A DNA stretch of 64,000 nt, taken from the NCBI GenBank assembly GCA_937992175.1, contig CALKLF010000022.1, positions 16,318-80,317 on the forward strand, written 5' to 3'. The translations under genes were made by a program, and so were the position numbers. Shown here piece by piece: positions 10,445 to 18,680 of the stretch. This stretch comes from an uncultured Fimbriimonadales bacterium. Lineage in GTDB: Bacteria > Armatimonadota > Fimbriimonadia > Fimbriimonadales > GBS-DC. Each line of letters opens with the position of its first letter. The first letter of the stretch is position 1. The notes beneath the pieces are model-generated. The model searched no databases and was not told the origin of the DNA. It worked only from the letters and a program-made list of their open reading frames with translations.

Positions 10445-11498
10445 AAGGAACGCGTCGGCGAAAATCAACCTCACCCTTGAGGTGCTGGGACGCCGTTCGG
10501 ACGGCTATCACGAGATTGCGAGCGTGATGCACACGCTGAGCCTGTGCGACACGCTGGTTATGGAGTTGCCCAACGCGCCCGTGCTGGATGCGGCACGGGG
10601 GGAGATTGTGATTGAAGACCCTCACCCCCCTTCCCCCCTCTCCCACGGCGTGGGAGAGGGGGGATTAGGCTCCCCCTCTGCTGCGTCGTGGGCGAGGGGG
10701 CAGGGGGGTGAGGGCGTTCCCACTGATTCACGCAACCTTATCTGGAAGGCGGTGGAGGCGTTTGTGAACAGTTGCCCTCACCCCCAGCCCCTCTCCCACG
10801 GCGTGGGAGAGGGGGGAATAGGCTCCCCCTCTGCTGCGTCGTGGGCGAGGGGGCAGGGGGGTGAGGGCTGCTCATGGAAAGCCACTCTGATTAAGCGCAT
10901 CCCCACCCAGGCAGGCTTAGGCGGGGGCAGCAGCGACGCCGCAACCGCGCTCCTGTGCCTTGCCGAGTGGGCGCGGCGGTGGGATATCCACCCGCCTGAT
11001 TTGCACACGCTCGCCGCCCAGCTGGGCGCGGATGTGGCGTTCTTTCTGAACGGCGCGTGCGCCTTCGCCTGCGGCAAGGGCGAGATTCTCAGGTCCTTGC
11101 CCACCCTGCCCCAGTTCCGGTGGGTTATCGCCAAGCCGTATGGCGTGGGCGTGCCCACCGCGTGGGCATACCAGCAGCTTCAGCGGGGCGCGCTCCCGCC
11201 CAGCCCCCGCGCGCCCTACACCGAACGCCTCGTGAACGCCCTGCAGCAGGGCGCAATCAAAACCCCCGCCAATCTCGTGCCCTTGCTGCATAACGATTTC
11301 GACGAACCCATCCTGAACGCCATCCCCGAACTGCAAACCCTACGCCAGCAAATGGAGCAAGCGGGCGCGCTGAAAGTGATTCTCTGTGGCAGCGGCGCGG
11401 CGCAAGCAGCGTTATGTGAAAACCAGCAGCAGGCTGAGCGCGTCGCCAACGCTCTCCTTCAGCAGGGCTACTGGGCAATCGCTGCAACTACCCCTTGA
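10434..11498 (+). CDS. ispE: 4-(cytidine 5'-diphospho)-2-C-methyl-D-erythritol kinase, carrying two in-frame repeat insertions
   Basis: GHMP kinase motifs ([41 protein letters not shown]). The ATG overlaps the aspS stop. At 354 aa it is about 63 aa longer than expected because of elements at 10619-10714 and 10775-10867. Confidence 0.85.
   Translation: MRIERNASAKINLTLEVLGRRSDGYHEIASVMHTLSLCDTLVMELPNAPVLDAARGEIVIEDPHPPSPLSHGVGEGGLGSPSAASWARGQGGEGVPTDSRNLIWKAVEAFVNSCPHPQPLSHGVGEGGIGSPSAASWARGQGGEGCSWKATLIKRIPTQAGLGGGSSDAATALLCLAEWARRWDIHPPDLHTLAAQLGADVAFFLNGACAFACGKGEILRSLPTLPQFRWVIAKPYGVGVPTAWAYQQLQRGALPPSPRAPYTERLVNALQQGAIKTPANLVPLLHNDFDEPILNAIPELQTLRQQMEQAGALKVILCGSGAAQAALCENQQQAERVANALLQQGYWAIAATTP
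10619..10714. repeat. type-A palindromic element inside ispE (96 bp, 32 codons)
   Basis: ccctcacccccc...cccctctccca[cggcg]tgggagagggggg...ggggggtgaggg. Translated as [32 protein letters not shown]. Confidence 0.85.
10775..10867. repeat. type-A palindromic element inside ispE (93 bp, 31 codons)
   Basis: Near-identical second copy 60 bp downstream. Translated as [31 protein letters not shown]. Confidence 0.85.
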
Positions 11499-11572
11499 CA
11501 AAGCGTACGCTATGATGTATAATTTGTCCTGGTCTGCTATTGCAGACGAATCTACTCTACAGGAGGTCTGTT

Positions 11573-12802
11573 ATGAAAGGCTTTACTTTGCTAAGCGCGG
11601 TAGCGCTGACGACGGTGTTGTCCAGTGTTGCGACGGCGCAGAAGTCCGTTCCCAGCGCGGGCTTGAACGCCGAAGAAGCACGTACTGTTGTTCTGAACCA
11701 GCTCCCCGAGATCCGACACATCGACCTGAGCGGCGACTTCCAGCCTGCAAGCGGCGCGAACCCCTACATCTACCTGCAGACGATGGTTGCCCGCTGGAGT
11801 GACGCAGGGACTTATGCGTTCAGCTACGCGCCGTTTACGAACGCGCGTACTGTAGGCGACGATGTCGTGTTGATGAGCAGCACGCCCGATCCAGGCGCAG
11901 GCTACAGCACGACGACCCCTGTGGCTTGTCTGTCCGGCTTTACCTTCGCAATTGCCGCGGTAAACCCCCTTCCCGATCCGAGTTCGCAGGGTACTCTGAG
12001 GCTCAACATCGCGTTCTACCCATGGAATGGTCTGTTTGGGACAGCGGCAGCAGCCCCCGCAATCGCCACTGAGTCCGTAGACATCACCTTCGCCCCGAAC
12101 ACCACCACTGCGGTCATTTTGGTGACGCTCTCCGCACAGAACATTCAACTGCCCAAGGCGTTCTGGATTGCCTTTGAGCCAGACCAGATTAACTCCAACA
12201 ATGTCAACCTTGCAAACATCGGTCCTGTGATCTCGAACAGCACACCGGGCAGTGTATCGCTGTTGCCAGGACGCGGCTACTTCCGCTCCGCGACCCCGCC
12301 GACAGCGTTTACTACAGTGACGGGCGGCAGTGTATTTACGACGATACCACAAGGCTCGTTGTATCTTGCGCTGCGCGGTACGCACAACTTCGTGGGAACC
12401 ATCGATATGAGCGCGCTGAGCAGCCGGGCGCAGCCTCAGGATCCGCTTCTCTTTGAGTTTGATACGGGTACCGACGCTGAGAAAGCGTTGCGCCGCAACC
12501 TCGTCGATGTGGAAGTGGTGAATGACAGCGGTACGCCGTTCATTTCGCGCTTCAGTACCTATATCGATGAGAAGGGGCAATTCACGTTGCCCGTGTCTAA
12601 CGCCATCGCATCCATCACTATTCGCCGCTGGGACAACGGGCTGGCGGTGACTTTCAACCGCCCGGCAGACGGCTGGAGCACGGATGTGTGCAACCCCACG
12701 ACCGCTACTGCCCAGATGACCTTCGGCGATGTGAACGGCGACGGCATTATCGACGACGCGGATCTGCTGACCGTGCTGTTCGGCTTCGGCAACATCGAGT
12801 AA
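11573..12802 (+). CDS. secreted protein with C-terminal dockerin-like (EF-hand type) module
   Basis: AGGAGG RBS at 11561-11566. Signal peptide MKGFTLLSAVALTTVLSSVATAQ. C-terminus GDVNGDGIIDDADLLTVLFGFG. Confidence 0.7.
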   Translation: MKGFTLLSAVALTTVLSSVATAQKSVPSAGLNAEEARTVVLNQLPEIRHIDLSGDFQPASGANPYIYLQTMVARWSDAGTYAFSYAPFTNARTVGDDVVLMSSTPDPGAGYSTTTPVACLSGFTFAIAAVNPLPDPSSQGTLRLNIAFYPWNGLFGTAAAAPAIATESVDITFAPNTTTAVILVTLSAQNIQLPKAFWIAFEPDQINSNNVNLANIGPVISNSTPGSVSLLPGRGYFRSATPPTAFTTVTGGSVFTTIPQGSLYLALRGTHNFVGTIDMSALSSRAQPQDPLLFEFDTGTDAEKALRRNLVDVEVVNDSGTPFISRFSTYIDEKGQFTLPVSNAIASITIRRWDNGLAVTFNRPADGWSTDVCNPTTATAQMTFGDVNGDGIIDDADLLTVLFGFGNIE

Positions 12803-12804
12803 AC

Positions 12805-12847
12805 CCTCACCCCCTTGTCCCCTCTCCCACGCCGTGGGAGAGGGGGT
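12805..12847. repeat. half type-A element or hairpin between convergent genes
   Basis: ccctcaccccc followed by hairpin cccctctccca[cgccg]tgggagagggg (12819-12845), then gTTTaTacTTT. Possible bidirectional terminator. Confidence 0.6.
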
Positions 12848-12854
12848 TTATACT

Positions 12855-13994
12855 TTACAACCTATTCGCAGACGATCCTGCCTCGATTAGATACCAGCGT
12901 CCGTCCACGCGCTCGAAGGTGTAGGAGATATACACCACGCGTCGCACGCCCGTCGCTTCGTCGATGTACTGATGCTCGCCGCGCACAACCAGCTGCGTCT
13001 CGCCGCGCTTCGCAACCCGATCAAAGCGGATCTGCTCGGTCTTCACGGCGCGGATGGCGTCGCGGGTCATCTCGATATAGTCCTGTGCAGGCAGCGAGTA
13101 GGCATATTGCCCATCCAGATAGATGGCGATGTAGCTGTTCGGGCGGATGTGACGCTCAATGAAGCTGGGGTCGCGCAGCATCCACGCTGCGCGCAGGTCG
13201 CTCAAGAGCTGTTGCCGCTCGTCGGGCGGGCGACGCTCCAGATAATACGGCGAATCTACATAAATCGGCACTTCCACGAGAATCGTGTGCGGACGCGGCG
13301 GCATGTAGACCACGCGATAGACCACCAGGAACGGCGGGCAGGGGTCATAGTACCAGTACGGCGCGTACACCACGCGATACAGCTCGGGATAGATGTAGTA
13401 ATACCGATAGCCGAAACGGAAGTTGCCCAGTCGGTAGTCCACATAGAAGCCGCTGTAAGAGTAGCCCGGGTCAATCGGAACCAGCACATAGCGGTCGCGC
13501 CAGCGGAGAGGGTTCAAGCCTTCGGTCTGGCGCACCAGCGCGGGCAGGGTGGTGTTCTCGATGGGCACAGGGCGGTTCTGAATCTGTGCGGGTTGCTGCG
13601 GCGGGGTCAGTACCGGGCGCGCCTCGAACGGCACAGGACGCCCCTCCAGCGGGACGCGCCCCGAATCGCGTTGCGGTTGCAGCGCGTTCGAGGGGTTCGA
13701 ACCCGACGAACCGCTGCGCGGCTTCTTGCGGAGCGGGTTCTCGTCCGACTGCTTCGACGGCGGGCTCGCGGGTTGCTGCGGGTTGCCCTGCTCTTTGTTC
13801 TCGCTGGGGCGCGGCTTGTTGCCCTTGTTGTCGTCGTTGCTGCGCGACGGGCTGGACTTGTCGTCCGCCTGACGCGACGGCGCAGGCTTGTTGTCGCCTT
13901 TCTTGCCTTCGGTCTTACGCACCAGCCCGCCCAGCCCGTCATCGGCGAAGCTGAAACTGAACACTAATGCCCCAATCAACCATAGATAGCGCAT
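12855..13994 (-). CDS. secreted hypothetical protein (Pro/Ser/Lys-rich linker plus NTF2-like C-terminal region)
   Basis: 379 aa. Signal-like N-terminus MRYLWLIGALVFSFSFA. Low-complexity segment, Tyr-rich middle and a globular C-terminus. The family call is tentative. Confidence 0.55.
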   Translation of the reverse strand: MRYLWLIGALVFSFSFADDGLGGLVRKTEGKKGDNKPAPSRQADDKSSPSRSNDDNKGNKPRPSENKEQGNPQQPASPPSKQSDENPLRKKPRSGSSGSNPSNALQPQRDSGRVPLEGRPVPFEARPVLTPPQQPAQIQNRPVPIENTTLPALVRQTEGLNPLRWRDRYVLVPIDPGYSYSGFYVDYRLGNFRFGYRYYYIYPELYRVVYAPYWYYDPCPPFLVVYRVVYMPPRPHTILVEVPIYVDSPYYLERRPPDERQQLLSDLRAAWMLRDPSFIERHIRPNSYIAIYLDGQYAYSLPAQDYIEMTRDAIRAVKTEQIRFDRVAKRGETQLVVRGEHQYIDEATGVRRVVYISYTFERVDGRWYLIEAGSSANRL

Positions 13995-14086
13995 CGTCGC
14001 CTCCTGATAGTAGTGTACCTCGAATCTTACTTACGCACAGGGACGGTTCGCGTTTCGTGGGGGAGCGACCAGCCACGCTAGTCGCC

Positions 14087-14932
14087 TCAAGGGCAAACCA
14101 CGCAGTTATCGATGAGACGCGCCTTGCCGAAAAAGACCGCCAGTGCAATCAGCGTCGGGCGCACGACGCGCTCCACAGGCTGCAGCGTCTCAGCATCCAC
14201 CACTTCTACATAGTCGATACGCGCGAGTGGTTCAGCAGCAAGGCGCTCATAGACGCCCTCGCGTAGTTTGAGCGCGTTGCGTTCGCCGGATTCCACCTGT
14301 GCCTGCGCCCACTGCAGGCTCCGATAAAGCACTGTCGCCGCCGCGCGCTCCTCGGGGGTCAAATAGACATTCCGCGAGGACATCGCCAGTCCATCCGGCT
14401 CGCGCACAATCGGGCAGGGCACAATCTCAATCGGCAGGTTCATATCCTGCACCAATTGCTCAATAATTCGCAGCTGCTGGTAGTCTTTCATCCCGAAGTA
14501 GGCGCGGTCGGGTGTCACGATGTTGAACAGTTTCAGCACGACAGTCGCCACGCCCTCAAAGTGCCCCAGACGCGACCTACCGCACAGGGGCTTGGAGAGT
14601 TCCTTCACGCGCACTTCCGTCTGATAGCCCGGCGGGTACATCTCGGACACCTCGGGATAGAAAATTGCGTCCACGCCGACCGATTCTGCCATTAGGCGAT
14701 CGCGTTCGAAATCGCGCGGGTAGCGGTCTAAGTCTTCGTTTGCGCCGAACTGCAGCGGGTTGACGAAGATGCTCACGATGACCGCGCCGCCGTCAGCGTT
14801 CGCGCGGCGCATCAGGCTCAAGTGTCCCTCATGAAAGTAGCCCATTGTGGGCACGAAGTGGATGGCGCGCCCCGCCGTTCGCTGGCGACGCGCCCACTCG
14901 CGAACCTCGCTGACCGTGCGCAGAATCTCCAT
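14087..14932 (-). CDS. panC: pantoate--beta-alanine ligase
   Basis: 281 aa. PanC motifs VPTMGYFHEGHLSL, VSIFVNPLQF, RPGHFEGVATVV-like (RLGHFEGVATVV), FGMKDYQQ. Confidence 0.9.
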   Translation of the reverse strand: MEILRTVSEVREWARRQRTAGRAIHFVPTMGYFHEGHLSLMRRANADGGAVIVSIFVNPLQFGANEDLDRYPRDFERDRLMAESVGVDAIFYPEVSEMYPPGYQTEVRVKELSKPLCGRSRLGHFEGVATVVLKLFNIVTPDRAYFGMKDYQQLRIIEQLVQDMNLPIEIVPCPIVREPDGLAMSSRNVYLTPEERAAATVLYRSLQWAQAQVESGERNALKLREGVYERLAAEPLARIDYVEVVDAETLQPVERVVRPTLIALAVFFGKARLIDNCVVCP

Positions 14933-14935
14933 CGG

Positions 14936-15976
14936 TTATCGCGTTCGGGTGACCTTTTGTAGTCCTCGCGGCTGGTCGGGGTTCAGGTCGCGGGCGAGGG
15001 CAAGATGATAGGCGAACAGCTGCCCCGCGACGGCGTATACAATCGGCGAGAGGGTTTCGGAAACGCTCGTCGGCATGGGGATAGGCGTGCGGGCGAGGCT
15101 CAGAATCTCATTATCGCTGGCGAAGATGAGGGTCTCCGCGCCACCCGCTCGCAGTTTCGATGCGCTCTCCAACGCCGTCGGAAAGGTCGCCCCGTCGGGC
15201 GCGAACAGCAGACACGGAAAGCCATGCTCAATCAGCGCGAACGGGCCGTGCATAAAGTCCGCGACGGAGTACGCTTTACACATCACATAGCAGGTCTCAA
15301 TGAGCTTGAGCGCGGTCTCCTGCGCCGTCGCCTGATTGATCCCGCGCGCCAGCGCAACGCACTCGCGCATATAGCGGTAGCGGTCTGCAATCTCCCGGAT
15401 GCGCGGCTCGGTTTGCATGACCTGCTCGACCCGCGTCGCCGTTTCGTGCAACTGTTGAGGCGCGTGGGGGTTATTGCGCAGGGCTTCGGCGAGCAGATAA
15501 ATCACAGCGAGCGTGCCCGTGTAGGTTTTGGTGGCGGCGACGCTGCGCTCTGCCCCCGCGCGCAGCAGCAAGGTGAAATGGCTGGCATGGGCAAGAGGCG
15601 ATTCAGGCTCGTTTGTAATCGCCAGTGTGAACGCGCCGTTCGCCTTCGCATGGGCGAGGTACTCCACCACATCAGGCGCCTGACCCGACTGCGAGATTCC
15701 GACCACCAGCGCGCCTTGCAGGTTCAGCTGCGCTCGGTAGAGCGTGACAACCGACGGCGCGGCTAAACCGCAGGGCATTCCGAGTTCGATTTCAAACAGA
15801 TATTTGAAGTAGGCGGCGGCGTTATCGGAAGTGCCCCGCGCGGCGAGAAAGACATACTTCAAATCGTGGTCGCGAATCTGCTGCACGATGGTCTGCATCG
15901 CGCGCCAGCTCTCGTCCGCGATCCGACGCAGCACTTCGGGCTGCTCGCCAATTTCCGAGCGCATTAGGTAAGACAT
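14936..15976 (-). CDS. double-SIS-domain sugar-phosphate isomerase/aminotransferase-like protein (GlmS C-terminal-like; AgaS/FrlB/NagB-II group)
   Basis: 346 aa with two SIS modules (ARGTSDNAA..., GISQSGQAPD). No glutaminase domain. Its stop lies 3 nt before the panC start. Confidence 0.7.
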   Translation of the reverse strand: MSYLMRSEIGEQPEVLRRIADESWRAMQTIVQQIRDHDLKYVFLAARGTSDNAAAYFKYLFEIELGMPCGLAAPSVVTLYRAQLNLQGALVVGISQSGQAPDVVEYLAHAKANGAFTLAITNEPESPLAHASHFTLLLRAGAERSVAATKTYTGTLAVIYLLAEALRNNPHAPQQLHETATRVEQVMQTEPRIREIADRYRYMRECVALARGINQATAQETALKLIETCYVMCKAYSVADFMHGPFALIEHGFPCLLFAPDGATFPTALESASKLRAGGAETLIFASDNEILSLARTPIPMPTSVSETLSPIVYAVAGQLFAYHLALARDLNPDQPRGLQKVTRTR

Positions 15977-16187
15977 TGGAGGATAATTGTACCTGTTCCT
16001 CCCGCAGGGCGCGTCGCGGACGCGACCCTACAATTTTGTGTGTGCGGTCAGCCAGTACGCCTGCCTGGTGTAGGGGGTGCATCCGCGACGCGCTCTGCAA
16101 GAGGGGATGATTTCAACTGCGATGCACTAAAGTGCCTTAAAGGTGAAATCGTCCCCTTTGCCTGCTGTTCTTTCTCCCCCCTCCCGA

Positions 16188-16237
16188 CCTCCCCCGTTCA
16201 CGGGGGAGGCGTCACGGCTACCCGCTTGCGGGGAGGG
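16188..16237. repeat. double tetraloop-hairpin module (type D)
   Basis: cctcccccg[ttca]cgggggagg-cgtcacggctac-ccgc[ttg]cggggaggg. It shares the 19-mer gggaggcgtcacggctacc with 47931-47949. Confidence 0.75.
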
Positions 16238-16244
16238 TTGGGGT

Positions 16245-16416
16245 CTGACAAGGGTACAACGCCTGAGTTCAACAACGCTGCGCCATCCTTCAATTTCTCG
16301 AACCTCCCCCCTCTTCGTAAACGGAGAGGGTGGGACAGGGGGGGTGAGGTTGAACAGGCGCGGAAAAACGAGGTGCTTGCACCCAAAGCTGAGGCAGAGC
16401 CATGTACCCTTATCAG
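16245..16416. repeat. MITE-like composite element, degenerate copy (type B)
   Basis: Ends ctgacaagggtaca... and ...catgtacccttatcag are inverted. The interior contains a reverse-oriented type-A-like palindrome (cccccctcttcg[taaa]cggagagggtggg...ggggggtgagg). Confidence 0.6.
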
Positions 16417-16537
16417 AGGGTTGGGGTGGGGGCATCGGCTTCGGCAGGCGTCGAGGTAAAAAAAGACGGTTTAACCTTGGAGGCACTTAGTCCCTCAAAG
16501 ATTAAATCGCCGTTGAAACACGCGCAGCACGCATGGT

Positions 16538-16812
16538 GTGACGGCATTCTTGCTGTCGCATGTTGAGGATACCCCAGCGACACGACGGCAGGAATGCCGT
16601 CGCACCAAAAGCCGTGAACGATCGGACGCCTCTGGTCAACCCACGCCTCAGGCGACACGACGGCAGGAATGCCGTCGCACCAAAAGAGGGCGTTTTCACA
16701 TTAGAAACACTTAGGTGTTTCCAATGTAAAAACGCCCCTTCTCTGCACGCTGGCGTCCCTGCCTCGTCGTCGCGGAGCATACCTGGCAAGGCGACGGCAG
16801 GAATGCCGTCGC
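16538..16812. repeat. cluster of four GACGGCA-GGAA-TGCCGTC hairpins (type C)
   Basis: Exact 35-bp direct repeat gcgacacgacggcaggaatgccgtcgcaccaaaag at 16577-16611 and 16652-16686. Third copy at 16791-16812. A reverse-oriented variant lies at 16538-16559. Confidence 0.9.
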
Positions 16813-16845
16813 CCAGAAGAAGGATGATTTCACTCTCCGAGATGC

Positions 16846-17334
16846 TTATTCCTCGTGTGACTCTTTTGAACCCTCTACAGCAGGCGGCGCGGCTCCGCGC
16901 TTGATTTCGGGGTGGCGGATCAGCCCGCCCAGGTGCGCCGTGTAGCCCATCACGCCGAACACGAGCGCGTTCGCTACCCAGACTACCGCTGCGCCCAGCG
17001 TCAGCCAGCCGGGATTACGCATTGCCACACCCAGTGCAACCGCCGCCGCGACCGCCAGCCCCACCCCACACCAGAGCGCGAACTTGCCTATCGACTCGTG
17101 TTCTTCCAGCGAGGCTTCGTCAACACCAGCCATATGTTCTACGACCTCTTCTGCCGACCCTCCCGTGAGGTAGACAGGAACGCTGCTTAGCCCTGTCAGC
17201 AATACAGCGATCAGGGCGACTTTCTGAATCTCCGTGCTGCGCCGAATCAGCCCCCAGCCGAGTAGCAACAGGCTGAACAGCGCGCCCATCACAGGCAAGT
17301 GGTTCAGCATCAAGTGTAATTGCGCCCCATTCAT
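16846..17334 (-). CDS. membrane protein (about 4 TM helices), function unknown
   Basis: Start set at ATG 17334 (MNGAQLHLMLNHLPVMG...). The track ORF extends to 17478. Hydrophobic helices with an acidic C-terminal tail. Confidence 0.55.
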   Translation of the reverse strand: MNGAQLHLMLNHLPVMGALFSLLLLGWGLIRRSTEIQKVALIAVLLTGLSSVPVYLTGGSAEEVVEHMAGVDEASLEEHESIGKFALWCGVGLAVAAAVALGVAMRNPGWLTLGAAVVWVANALVFGVMGYTAHLGGLIRHPEIKRGAAPPAVEGSKESHEE

Positions 17335-17591
17335 CGGAACTTCCGCCTCCTGAAGCGAGTATACCTGAATGGCGCTTGAATTAAGAGCGCGACATGGGTT
17401 ATAATATAGGACGATGCTGACGCACGGACTGAATGGGTTCGATTGTGAGCGCTGGAGCACAGGTTCCTGGTTCGGCACACGCGGGCGCTACCGTTGCCGC
17501 GTCTTTGAGCGCGTGTCGAGCTGGGGAGCCTGCGCGGGTCTGTGCGTATGGCTCCCCTGTTTTATTCGGGGTTCAAGGAGGCTGCGCCGCT

Positions 17592-18125
17592 ATGGCTGAG
17601 GTGCTTGTTCTGAACCAGAACTTTGAGCCGCTCAATATCTGCACGATGCGCCGCGCCGTGAACATGATTCTCACGGGGAAGGCGGAAGTGGTGCTAACGA
17701 ATGGGCATTATGTCCGCACGGTGTCTGGGGGCTTTGAAGCGCCGTCAGTGGTGCGCTTGCGCTATCTGGTGAAGCGTCCGCTGCCGCAGGTGCGAGTGAG
17801 CCGCCGCGCCATCCTCGCGCGCGACAACTACACCTGCCAGTACTGCGGGCATGTGTCGCGCGATTTGACCGTCGACCATGTGGTTCCGCGCAGTATGGGC
17901 GGGGGCGACACATGGGAGAACCTCGTGGCGTGCTGCCGTCGGTGCAACCTGATTAAGGGCGACCGCACGCCGAATCAGGCGGGGATGAAGCTCGCGCGCA
18001 AGCCGCGCCGTCCGACCTTCGTGCCCTACCTCAGCCTGACGCAGTACGCGAAGGCGATCTCGCGTGAGGCGTGGCGCGACTTCTTGCCCGTCTACGACGG
18101 GTTCACGCCCGAGAATCTAGACTAA
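17592..18125 (+). CDS. HNH endonuclease family protein
   Basis: Start at ATG 17592 (MAEVLVLNQNFEPL...). HNH/zinc motifs CQYCGH...DHVVPRSMGG...WENLVACCRRCNLIKG. Confidence 0.8.
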   Translation: MAEVLVLNQNFEPLNICTMRRAVNMILTGKAEVVLTNGHYVRTVSGGFEAPSVVRLRYLVKRPLPQVRVSRRAILARDNYTCQYCGHVSRDLTVDHVVPRSMGGGDTWENLVACCRRCNLIKGDRTPNQAGMKLARKPRRPTFVPYLSLTQYAKAISREAWRDFLPVYDGFTPENLD

Positions 18126-18211
18126 TAGGCGGGGACGCCGACGCTACGACCGCGGTTGCGTAGCATCGGCGTCCCGCCGACGATTTGTGCTACTTGAACC
18201 CTCAGTTGGTG

Positions 18212-18667
18212 CTACTCCTCAGAACCCTGCACCTCGACGGTGACAGTCGCCTCGATATCGGCTTCCCAGCGAATGGGCACGGTATAAGTTCCCGCCATCT
18301 TAATCGGGTCCAGCAAGTCGATCGTGCGTTTGTCCACGCGCACGCCGTGCTGCTGCAGGATTGCCTCGGCGATGGCGTCGGCGGTCACCGCGCCGAAGAG
18401 CTTGGTGGAGTTAGGCGCGGTGCGTCCCTGAATGGTGACGGTTTGTCCGTTCAGTTTCGTGGCGGTTTCGCGCGCCGCTTGACGGAGTTGTTCCGCGCGC
18501 TCTTTGCGCACCCGCTCGCGCTCCGCGCGCGCCTTCAGGTTGCCTTTTGTGGCGGGCACAGCCCAGCCCTTTGGAATCAGGTAGTTGCGTGCGTAGCCGC
18601 CCGCCACTTTCTTGATGTCGCCAGCTTTGCCCAGATTCGGCACATCGCGCATCAGAATCACTTCCAT
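18212..18667 (-). CDS. rplI: 50S ribosomal protein L9
   Basis: MEVILMRDVPNLGKAGDIKKVAGGYARNYLIPKG is the canonical L9 N-terminus. Start set at 18667. Confidence 0.9.
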   Translation of the reverse strand: MEVILMRDVPNLGKAGDIKKVAGGYARNYLIPKGWAVPATKGNLKARAERERVRKERAEQLRQAARETATKLNGQTVTIQGRTAPNSTKLFGAVTADAIAEAILQQHGVRVDKRTIDLLDPIKMAGTYTVPIRWEADIEATVTVEVQGSEE

Positions 18668-18680
18668 CGTATTTGCCTCC

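Noticed and set aside
13680-13710. GGTTCGAACCC string resembling a tRNA T-arm
   Set aside because: It lies inside a well-supported CDS (12855-13994). No acceptor, D or anticodon arms can be folded around it.
17433-17591. 53-codon N-terminal extension of the HNH endonuclease ORF
   Set aside because: It is Ala/Gly-rich low complexity. The conserved family N-terminus (MAEVLVLNQNFEPL) starts at ATG 17592.
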